This document shows positions 1-8,404 of a stretch of 24,936 bases of DNA, in pieces. The translations under genes and the position numbers were made by a program. Each line of letters opens with the position of its first letter. Position 1 is the first letter of the stretch. Origin of the DNA: Candidatus Poribacteria bacterium (lineage in GTDB: Bacteria; Poribacteria; WGA-4E; UBA9662); the NCBI GenBank assembly GCA_046582655.1, contig JAYGDX010000237.1, positions 1 to 24,936 on the forward strand, written 5' to 3'. The notes under the pieces are model-generated. The model was not told where the DNA came from. It did not search any database and saw nothing but the letters and a program-made list of their open reading frames with translations.

Positions 1-981
1 CACCAAGCGGCAGGTAATATCGTGCAATGGGCATTCCTGTTATTTGGCAGAATGGTCCTAGCTGGATAACATGCAATACTTGCAAATACAAACTTATTTG
101 CAAAACTAAAGATTTCTTCAAGAATCCATCTCACATCCTCTACTGGACAATGTTCCAAAACATCAGTTGTAACCACGCCATCGAAACTTTTCTGCGGTAA
201 CTGATTAAATGGCTCATATCCCAGGTCAAAACAATGGATCTCATCAACATTCCAATATTCCTTTAGATTACGCCATTGCTTTCCATCACTGCTTTGCACT
301 GGTATCGCATACTGATTTCCCTTTCCACTGCCATAGTCTAGGATGTTCTCTGAATTTGTAGTATCAATCAGTTTCTTAATATCATTAACCCATTTTGTCA
401 GAGAGTAACCTGGATAACTATCTTCTGAACGTAAACCACGTGCTTTGTCTCCTTCATCATGAATAGTTTTATACAAATCAATACTCTCCAAATACATAGA
501 ACTTGGATTCCCCCGACTATATTCCTCATTGTGTGCATATTCTATCAGTCTATTTATATTTGGATCAGGAATGTTTATTCTCATATATGCTACAATCGCT
601 TTATGAGCATCTTGCATTTTATGATAATAAATGAATCCCAAATTATTATAAGAATCCAAAAAGTCTGGATTGATTGTAATAACTTTTTGGTATAGTTTAA
701 TAGTGGTATCGTAGCGCTTCAATTCAGAGTATACATTCGCTAAATTAAATAGACACTGGGTATTCCATGGTCGTATCTGAACAATTTTTTTATACACATT
801 AGCAGATCTATTAAAATCCTCAAGACAATAGTAAGTGTTTCCCAAGAGAGTTAGAATTTCGACATTATTTAGAATCAGACCGCAGTAATTCTTCTAAGAT
901 TTCCCCTACAGTTTGAAAATCCTTATCTTTGTATATCTTTTCAGCAGTTTCAAAAACTTGCTGAGTTTCAATATTCATCAT
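1..981 (-). pseudogene. TPR-repeat / class I SAM-dependent methyltransferase fusion, frameshifted near its 5' end; runs off the left edge of the window
   Basis: Manual minus-strand translation (not in the ORF track). ATG at 981 gives MMNIETQQVFETAEKIYKDKDFQTVGEILEELLRSDSK*. Removing one base at 868-870 joins it to NNVEILTLLGNTYY...CLFNLANVYSELKRY...INPDFLDSYNNLGFIYY (TPR motifs), then ILDYGSGKG (SAM motif I) and FDGVVTTDVLEH; the frame stays open to base 1. Confidence 0.8.
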
Positions 982-1169
982 TAAGCAGTCCGCTTCAAAA
1001 TGATTTTGTTCTGTGAACAGCTACTATGGTCGTTTCCAACCTAACAACATAGTATTAACCAACAGTTTCTTAAGTTAGAATATGCTATTGTCATGAAACA
1101 CTAGACGTTGCGGTCTTTTATCTCTATTAGCATACCAGAAGGAATTCGGATTTACCTCTGCCTTGTACA

Positions 1170-1195
1170 TAAGTTTTAACTTAAATACAGGCCAA
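1170..1195. repeat. Palindromic motif TAAGTT-TT-AACTTA, copy 1
   Basis: taagttttaacttaaatacaggccaa matches 2323-2348 at 22/26 positions, with the first 15 identical. Confidence 0.6.
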
Positions 1196-1336
1196 AATAG
1201 TTGATGCTAATTTTTTTATATTCTATATATAATTCATAAAATCTTTCAGTTTTTACATTCCAACATATCTCTGGGAAACTAAATAAACCCAGAGACATAT
1301 AATCAATAATTTTTAGTCACTCTAAGGAAAAATGAT

Positions 1337-2044
1337 ATGAATAAGATCATAAAACTAACAATGATTTCTATTGCTGTATCCGTTTCTATTTTTATGCTTT
1401 CAACGTCTCTGCTTTCAGATGAACATAAAGCTCCAACAGATGCACCTAAACAGATTGAGGCTGAAATGGAGGAAGCCTTCGGAACAGTTCCAGTGATGTT
1501 CAAAGCCTATCCAGAGCATATGCGTGCTAGCGCGTGGGAATGGTTCAAATCAACGATGAGTCCGGATGCAGCTATTCCAGCTAAATATTCCCAACTCATT
1601 TCCCTTGGAGTGGCTTCCCAAATTCCATGTAATTATTGTATCTATGCTCATACCACCATGGTAAAAATGCTCGGTGCAACTGAAAAAGAGATTCAAGAGG
1701 CTATTGCAAACGCGGCAAATACACGCCATTGGAGCACTGTCCTGAACGGTGGTGGTGTTGATTTTGAAGAATTCAAGACGGAATGGGACGGAATATTAGC
1801 ACATCTAAAAAAACAAAGTGAAGTTGAAGAAAAACTAAATTATGATAAGAAAGATATCAGAATAAGTATTGAAAAAAATATTGATGATACTGGTGAAGAA
1901 ATTGTTAATGTAGTTGCAACTGGGAGCGGTTCAGTTACAAAGGAAGATATTGAAAAAGAGCTTGAAAAACTTTACGCTGAGAAGAATATAGATATATCAT
2001 CTGGAAATGTAAATATTGAAATTAATGTAGAAGAAACCAAGTAA
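1337..2044 (+). CDS. Carboxymuconolactone decarboxylase / AhpD-family protein with N-terminal signal peptide and acidic C-terminal extension
   Basis: QLISLGVASQIPCNYCIYAH (CxxC-x3-H, AhpD core), LGATEKEIQEA, hydrophobic N-terminus, RBS aagga upstream. Confidence 0.85.
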   Translation: MNKIIKLTMISIAVSVSIFMLSTSLLSDEHKAPTDAPKQIEAEMEEAFGTVPVMFKAYPEHMRASAWEWFKSTMSPDAAIPAKYSQLISLGVASQIPCNYCIYAHTTMVKMLGATEKEIQEAIANAANTRHWSTVLNGGGVDFEEFKTEWDGILAHLKKQSEVEEKLNYDKKDIRISIEKNIDDTGEEIVNVVATGSGSVTKEDIEKELEKLYAEKNIDISSGNVNIEINVEETK

Positions 2045-2140
2045 GCAAAAGAATAATGAAGCTAATTTGCAGATGACACATATACTGTGCTGAGGCAGCA
2101 TATGTGAATGGTCACCAAGTAGTTTGAACAGCGGATTAAA

Positions 2141-2211
2141 ACGACGCCACAGCCTTGCTGGCTATTAGCTTAACTTATCCAGCAAGGCTAGGTCTTAGCT
2201 TACCTAGTCGT
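2141..2211. other. Multi-stem inverted-repeat structure (possible terminator, REP-like element or structured RNA)
   Basis: Perfect 11-bp stem agccttgctgg (2151-2161) / ccagcaaggct (2179-2189), second stem ctaggt/acctag, closing acgac/gtcgt. Confidence 0.5.
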
Positions 2212-2322
2212 AAAAAAGCCTACTGACCGAAAGTTATAAAAAATAAGGGAACAAATTCCTCGGCAACACTTTACAGCAAATTTTTTGACAGTGAGTATGC
2301 GTCCGCTTCGGCTGTCTGCATT

Positions 2323-2348
2323 TAAGTTTTAACTTAAGTATAAGCTAA
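2323..2348. repeat. Palindromic motif TTAAGTT-TT-AACTTAA, copy 2
   Basis: taagttttaacttaagtataagctaa; see 1170-1195. Confidence 0.6.
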
Positions 2349-2516
2349 TTAATCAGTTTGTAAGGTAGATTTATATTTATATGAATTGATATTGATAGTA
2401 TGTTGTTTAAAGTTCAACTTGTCCGCTAGCAAGGTATTATTGAGGATAACGTTAGTACAATCAGATCACTTAGTCAATCATAGTTGCTTTTTAGTTTTAA
2501 GAAAGGAATTTATAGG

Positions 2517-3355
2517 ATGAGAATGAAAATACCTATTACCATTAACCTAGCATTGATGCTGATTAGTGGGTTTGCACAAAATCTCACAGGAGAAGATCAG
2601 CACAAAGGTCTTGTCTTTTATTACGACTACTCGGAAGTTAGTGAAGGTAAAGTATCTGATAAGTCCGGCAATGGTTATGATGGTGCAGTCCATGGAAACG
2701 TCAAGATTGTCATGGATCCAGTTCATGGTCAGGTCGCGAAATTCGCACAAGGTAGCTATCTTGAGTTGGATCATGCAAAAATTAAGGCTGATGGAAATAT
2801 TCCAACTAAAGCATTTAGCGTGTTAGCTTGGGTAAACGTCAAAAATAACGGGGCCCACCATGAGATTTTTAATGCTAGGGGTTTAGAATTGGAAACATGG
2901 CTGGTACATTCAGAAGTACGTGTCGACGATGTCTACAGATGGATACTCCGTGCTGTAGGTCCTGCACCGGGAAAAACCATTTTTGAAATACGGGGAGGAA
3001 AACCCAAGACTGGAAAATGGGTTCATTATGCTGGTACTTACGACCGCCATAGAAAACCCAGCGCAATTCTGTATATTGACGGGGTAGTGGTCGGAACCGC
3101 ATCTGGAAATCTTCTAGTTTGTAGAGATTGGGGGTTAGGTGCACGTGTTGGAATGAATGTTAACGACAGCCGACCATTTGTTGGGATGATGGACGAAATA
3201 TCTGTTTGGGAACGTGGTTTCAATCGACAGGAAGTTCAAAAAATAATTGAAAAGGGCCTTGATGGTTTTCTCGTAAGGGCCTTGATGGTTTTCTCGTAGT
3301 TTCCCCATTTGGTAAACTGGCTATAGTATGGGCAAAATTAAAGTCAAAAAAATGA
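2517..3355 (+). CDS. Secreted LamG-like jellyroll (concanavalin A-like) domain protein; C-terminus frameshifted by a 23-bp duplication (stops at 3299; ancestral stop at 3353-3355)
   Basis: Signal peptide after the likely ATG at 2517, GLVFYYDY...DKSGNGYDG, FSVLAWVN, WVHYAGTYD, LYIDG, FVGMMDEISVWERGF. Tandem aagggccttgatggttttctcgt at 3252-3274 and 3275-3297. Confidence 0.88.
3252..3297 (+). repeat. Exact 23-bp tandem duplication
   Basis: aagggccttgatggttttctcgt occurs twice in direct tandem. Confidence 0.97.
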
Positions 3356-3496
3356 GTTATTCCTTAAAGATCTGTGGTTCTATACTCGGTGACTTAACCC
3401 TCCTGAAGTTACCATGTGGCAGGTAAAGATCGAAGAACATATTGACTGAGTGAATTAAACTTATCTCGAGCAATTTCTTGCGGGGAGATAAATATC

Positions 3497-4879
3497 ATGA
3501 CACCTCTATACAAGAGAGTCAATCCTATCTTTTTTCAGTTCCTCTTAGTCGCCGGAGGACTATGGTTTTTTCATTGTATTGCAGCTTTTATAATTGAACG
3601 CTACAACATCCCGATTCACATAAGTTCAGAGACAATCCCAATTTACAAAAGGTTAAACATAAACTTTAACAACTGGATTTTACTACCGATCGGAGCCTTC
3701 GGCATATACCTGTTTTTGGTGCGATCTATATTGCAATCGGAGCATCCAATTCCGCTGCCAGTTCTCCTTGCTTTGTTCATAGGATTAAAGGTGTTGATTG
3801 ATGTCAGCGTTACTATGATCAATGGTGCATTCCTTCCGCTAGGAATTAAAGAATACATTAACGATGTTCCTAACTTTAGCAGTTTAGGAGACATACTTCG
3901 CAATTATGCTTCCAAAGCCAAAATGTTGACCCGACATGCGGGAACTCATCCTCCTGGTGCCGTTATGACTCTTTGGCTTGCTACACGCCTCTTTGCATTC
4001 AATAACATGGTAAAGGCTTATTTAATTATATTTTCTGCTCCGTTTACGTTGATTCCTTTGTATTTGGTTGCACAGCAACTTTATGGTAGAAAAATAGCAA
4101 CCTACGCTTTAGCTTTGTATCTTGTCACCCCCAATATTGTGATGTATACAGCTACCTGCATGGATGCTTTCTTCTCGTTATTTTTGATATTCAGTGTATA
4201 TCTTATTTTTTATTCGATTGAAAGGAAATCCACAATTCTTGCTGTTTTTACTGGATTGTCGCTTTCGCTTTCTATGTTCATGACTTTTGCTACGACCTTT
4301 TTGGGTGTTTACTTTATTAGCTTGACAACTGTAACCTATTTTGGAAACCGGAAGGAGCTTAAGAGCCATGTGACTGTTTTGACTATATCGGGAGGAACCT
4401 TTTGTCTCACTTATCTAATTATGTATTGGGTAACAGGATATAATATCTTGACAAATCTACAGGCAGCGATGGAAGTGGATCGGTCCGGAATAGGTACGGG
4501 CTATGAAAGTCCCATTCGCTACTTTCTTGTCAGTGGGACGAATTTATTCGGCTTTTTCTCTATGATCGGTATTACAACAACCACACTATGGCTACGAGAA
4601 CTTGGTAGTGTAATCCAAAATTTATTGACCAAGAAGAAATTCTCAATCTTTCTGGTCGCCTATGTTTTGACACTCGTTCCGATGATCTTCTCCACTCTTT
4701 ATCTGACAGAGACTGAGCGTATTTGGTTATTCATGGCTCCGTTTGTCTTAATACCAGCAGCCAAAAACTTAAAGGAATATGTCAATAAGAGGCAAAGTAA
4801 TTGGGTCCTTTATGTTGTAATAATTATGCTCTGTGTTCAAACGCTAGTTTTCGAGGTGTTCATTGACACAATATGGTGA
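3497..4879 (+). CDS. Multi-pass membrane glycosyltransferase, GT-C superfamily (PMT/ArnT, GT39/GT83-like)
   Basis: About 10-12 hydrophobic segments, HAGTHPPG motif, LYLVAQQLYG...ALALYLVTP...MDAFF pattern, ETERIWL near the C-terminus, RBS ggag. Confidence 0.75.
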   Translation: MTPLYKRVNPIFFQFLLVAGGLWFFHCIAAFIIERYNIPIHISSETIPIYKRLNINFNNWILLPIGAFGIYLFLVRSILQSEHPIPLPVLLALFIGLKVLIDVSVTMINGAFLPLGIKEYINDVPNFSSLGDILRNYASKAKMLTRHAGTHPPGAVMTLWLATRLFAFNNMVKAYLIIFSAPFTLIPLYLVAQQLYGRKIATYALALYLVTPNIVMYTATCMDAFFSLFLIFSVYLIFYSIERKSTILAVFTGLSLSLSMFMTFATTFLGVYFISLTTVTYFGNRKELKSHVTVLTISGGTFCLTYLIMYWVTGYNILTNLQAAMEVDRSGIGTGYESPIRYFLVSGTNLFGFFSMIGITTTTLWLRELGSVIQNLLTKKKFSIFLVAYVLTLVPMIFSTLYLTETERIWLFMAPFVLIPAAKNLKEYVNKRQSNWVLYVVIIMLCVQTLVFEVFIDTIW

Positions 4880-4909
4880 TTCCAAGTCATGTCATTCATA
4901 GGTTTTGAT

Positions 4910-5178
4910 TTACAAAACTAGGCTTGTTAGGGAGCGTGAGAAGTAATATTTGCTAAAAAGAAATTCTACCTGTAAAGCAATAGCTTTGAGCTGAGACCCC
5001 TTTTTTTCTATCAGATTGAGATCCGCAGAATAAATGGGAAGAAAGAGCCAGGTATGGTTGTTTGAAATAGCATCTGGAATATCCTGAACAGTGCCTACTG
5101 AATAAGCAAGTTTGGTATTCCAGCCAAATAAACCCGCCAGTACGAACATACAACAAGTTGGGAACATTTTTTCATCAT
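4910..5178 (-). pseudogene. Probable remnant of a secreted-protein gene (N-terminal fragment only)
   Basis: Strong RBS aaggag then ATGATGAAAAAATG; one more A would give MMKKMFPTCCMFVLAGLFGWNTKLAYSVGTVQDIPDAISNNHTWLF (signal-peptide-like). The downstream part has no recognisable domain. Confidence 0.35.
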
Positions 5179-5404
5179 GTTTCTCCTTTACCTTAAAACT
5201 AATTTTCAAAAGTATCGTTTATAGATTTGCATGCTAACACGAAGAAAAATTTCATACAAGTCTTCATATTAGACCTATTGTATAAACTAATTGGAAAAGA
5301 AAATATCCAACCCCCAGACATTTTTTAGAGTTTAGGTCTCATGACGAATAGAGAAATTTTTGTCTCACCAGTGTTTCTTTCTGAGAATGACAATTCATTG
5401 CAGC

Positions 5405-5635
5405 AGAACCTTCCAAATAGGCGCTGACAACAACATCAATAGCCAGCTTGATTTTAACTTGGTAGATGCTACTACTGAAACTATCGGGGAACATGAGACT
5501 AATGTGGTTGATCTTGATAGTACCAGAAATTCCATAACCGCATTAGATCATGCAGTTGACATCATCAACAATGAAAGGTATCGGTTAGATTCAGTACAGA
5601 ACAAGCTGCAGTTCACCATGTCCAACTTGACCAAT
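5405..5635 (+). pseudogene. Flagellin gene fragment (FQIGA hairpin through start of the C-terminal helix)
   Basis: RTFQIGADNN...SITALDHAVDIINNERYRLDSVQNKLQFTMSNLTN resembles the flagellin pattern FQIGA...IDxAIxxVxxxRxxLGAxQNRLxxTIxNL. The N-terminal domain and terminal helix are missing. Confidence 0.75.
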
Positions 5636-5980
5636 ACGTCCGCAAGTGACTGATCCGATATGAGCTTTAACTCGCAGTAGACAGTCGTGACTTTCCCGAT
5701 CAAAGAGGTTGGACACTTTCTGCTGCAGTTCTTTTAGTGTATTAACCCCCTCTATTAAAAGATGATCGGGAAAAACGATCAGTATTCCATCTCCAATGAA
5801 CTTGACAATCTTGCCCCCTGCTTTTTCGACAATATCTCCTGACAGCTCAAAATACCGGGACATGATATCGAATATTTCTTTAGATGGCTTATCTCGACTT
5901 AATCTGGCGAAATTGGTGAGATCACAGATGGCAACGAGCAACCTACAGTCAATCGGAGAGTGGATTGTACCGAAGTCCAT
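5630..5980 (-). pseudogene. Class III adenylate/guanylate cyclase, C-terminally truncated (ORF reads on to a stop at 5591 in antisense flagellin sequence)
   Basis: VAICDLTNFARLS, GGKIVKFIGDGILIVF and LRVKAHIGSVTCGRIG are present; the D-x-x-G-x-x-VNxAxR segment is absent. RBS aagga. Confidence 0.85.
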
Positions 5981-6340
5981 GGTAAATTCCTTTGATCTAT
6001 TTCAGTTAATGTCTCACTAGAATTACCTTGACTAACATGATCTAGTGCTCTTTGATAAGCATCATTAAACACTGGATCTTGTCGGTCGAGATAATAAATA
6101 GAGCCACGATGCCTAGCATAAAGGCGATAAAAAATTATATATTCCATTATCTTACCTACCAGCTAAGTTATGTTCAGAGTACCAGCCGAACTATATGCTG
6201 AAACTGCTGGGTACCCAGCTTAGTAGGTTTCCTGATAGTAACATGGTGTTGTATATCCTTCAAATTCAGCTGTTTCCCTGCCCGCATGAGAGGTTAGATA
6301 TAAGTACGAATATGTTCATGTAGTTGCTGTTTAGCCTGTT

Positions 6341-6439
6341 GATGGAGGGAAGATCCTTTAGCCATAGTAGGATTAGAGATGACCTGAGCGATAGCAGAGT
6401 TGAGGTATTCTAACCCGTTTAATGAAAGCTACCTCAGGT
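6341..6439 (+). repeat. Degenerate intergenic repeat, copy A (similar to 8029-8140)
   Basis: Shared blocks in the same order: gatg, cttta(g/c)ccat, cctgag, aggtatt, accc, aatg..agct. Aligned by eye with gaps. Confidence 0.4.
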
Positions 6440-6444
6440 TAGGA

Positions 6445-6473
6445 TTGCACTTGTCTGAACTGTGCAGTATGAT
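6445..6473 (+). promoter_or_regulatory. Putative sigma70 promoter for the DUF2961 gene
   Basis: TTGCAC-17 nt-TATGAT, about 80 nt upstream of ATG 6554. Confidence 0.5.
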
Positions 6474-6553
6474 GATGCTTGTAAACCAAATAACACCAAA
6501 AATCAAGCAATTTTTGATCCTAATACAGATCACAGGGTGATGGAGACTAAACC

Positions 6554-8097
6554 ATGGCATCCATAGAGTCTAATGCGAAAATTAGCTTAGAAATGCAAGA
6601 CACTTTTCAAGATCCTGCTGTTCCGATGATCTCACTGCCCACCCGATTCACTTCTCACCGTGTTAATCGGGATCAACATATGCCCAAAGGCGGTTCAATT
6701 GATTTAGCTAACTTAAAAGGGTCAGGTTGTGTCCGCCATATCTGGATACTCTTTGGTCAGGGGTTCGCCTTGAAATCAATGTTGATGATGCGGAAAAGTC
6801 TCAAGTAGATTTGCCACTGAAAGCCTTTTTTGGCGTCATGCACGATTGGGAGCCTTATTTCGTTGATAATGCTGCTTACACCGTGTTACCTAATCCAGGA
6901 GCCAAAGCTAAGGATCCACTGATTCCAGGTAATCCAGGATACAATCTGTTTTTGCCAATTCCATTTAGTGAATCCTGCCGAATTACCTTACATGTATCTC
7001 CGGGACACACAGCTGCGGCTATGGTCGATTGGCACCAGTATGATCAGGGAATACCACTCACGCCCTATCGCTTGCACACTGAGTATCACCTGTACCAACC
7101 TTCACCTCCACGGGGCAGCTTTGTTGAAATGGCGAACTTAGATGGTGAAGGCTTTGTTGCTGGAGTCGCGGTTGGTTATCTTCAACGTGACCATAGTGAT
7201 ATGGTTTTCCACACTGGAGGAATGACAATTTTGCTAGATGGAGAAACCAACCCTCATGCGATTCGTGGACACAACGTAGAAGACGATTTCGGCTATAGTT
7301 GGGGATTCAATAACTATCAATCCCGTTGGATCGGTTCACCCTATCATGTTAATCGAAGTCGAACCGATCAAGATGGCGTATTTTACCGTTTCTTTGGACC
7401 AGATCCTATTGCCTTTCGCCGTTCCTTGTCATTTCGTACGGGTAGCCGAGGGAACGACATGGAATCTGTTGTCTACTACTACCAGATATCTGATCACCTT
7501 GTTCAGTCCAACACAAACGAAATTAGCTCATCCACACTTATTCCGTCAGAATGGCAAGTTACTGGACTATTCCCTCAGGCTAACAATTGGGATATTTTTC
7601 AACAGTCGGAATTTGTAGAACAACTTCCTGCTGGAGCTTGGCCTGACCAATTGGTTCTTGATAATCAAACTTTGTCCGTCACAATTTTGAAAAGCGACCA
7701 TGCTTGGATTGGTTTGCAGAACGTATTTTTCGAACGAGATCATACGGCTACGCCTCGGGCGATGATTGATCATTCAGCCTATGCTCGGACCAACATGAAA
7801 AGCGACTCCAAAAAAGAAGCTTTTCTGCGTTTAGCAGTCGATGGATGGTGTTTAGTTTGGTTGAATAGTGAGAAAGTTGCCGCTCTGCGTCATGAGCATG
7901 GATTAGAAACGGCCAGGATTCCCGTTCAACTGGAAAAAGGAAGCAATGAACTGTTAGTAAAGACCAATAATTCTAACATCCCTCCCAACAAACGACTTTG
8001 GGTGATCAATGCAGCTAAGTCTAGTGGCGATGAGATCAGAGGCTTTACCCATGGAGACGATAAAAGCAAGAGGTCCAGATGGATAATGTCTTCCTGA
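6554..8097 (+). pseudogene. DUF2961 (GH172-like) protein with C-terminal beta-sandwich domain, split by a 1-bp frameshift
   Basis: ORF 6554 gives LANLKGSGCVRHIWILFGQG; ORF 6727 continues VRLEINVDDAEKSQVDLPLKAFFG...YNLFLPIPFSESCRI...LDGEGFVAG...VEDDFGYSWGF...YRFFGPDPIAFRRSL. One extra G in the run at 6760-6763 joins the two. RBS ggag before 6554. Confidence 0.8.
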
Positions 8098-8140
8098 GAT
8101 GGTGGAGATAGGTATTACCCCTTTTCTAATGCTAGCTGAA
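8029..8140 (+). repeat. Degenerate repeat, copy B, overlapping the 3' end of the DUF2961 ORF
   Basis: Similar to 6341-6439; the ORF tail SSGDEIRGFTHGDDKSKRSRWIMSS looks like read-through into this element. Confidence 0.4.
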
Positions 8141-8343
8141 AGGTTGTAGCTGTCTAAAAGTTGAAAGAGTACAATCCAACAATTTCTTTGCCTATGGCGC
8201 TTTGAATCGCTTGTTGCAACACTTGGAACCTAAGCTAGAGAGGTTGTAGTATGAGGCGCAATCTCCTATGTCGGTCGACAGCACAGGGTTTTGGTACTGG
8301 ACAACACCATCTTGGAAATGAACTTATAGCAAGCAATGCTTCA

Positions 8344-8352
8344 TGTTATAAT
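8344..8352 (+). promoter_or_regulatory. Putative extended -10 promoter
   Basis: TGtTATAAT about 50 nt upstream of ATG 8405. Confidence 0.5.
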
Positions 8353-8404
8353 GAATTTAACTGTTGAAGTAAAATATTGTTCCCAAGTATAAGGAACTAT
8401 ATAT

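Noticed and set aside
459..695. 78-aa plus-strand ORF
   Set aside because: Antisense shadow of the TPR-methyltransferase gene on the minus strand.
5899..6147. 82-aa minus-strand ORF upstream of the cyclase
   Set aside because: Overlaps the cyclase start in another frame and has no recognisable motif; may be a remnant but cannot be supported.
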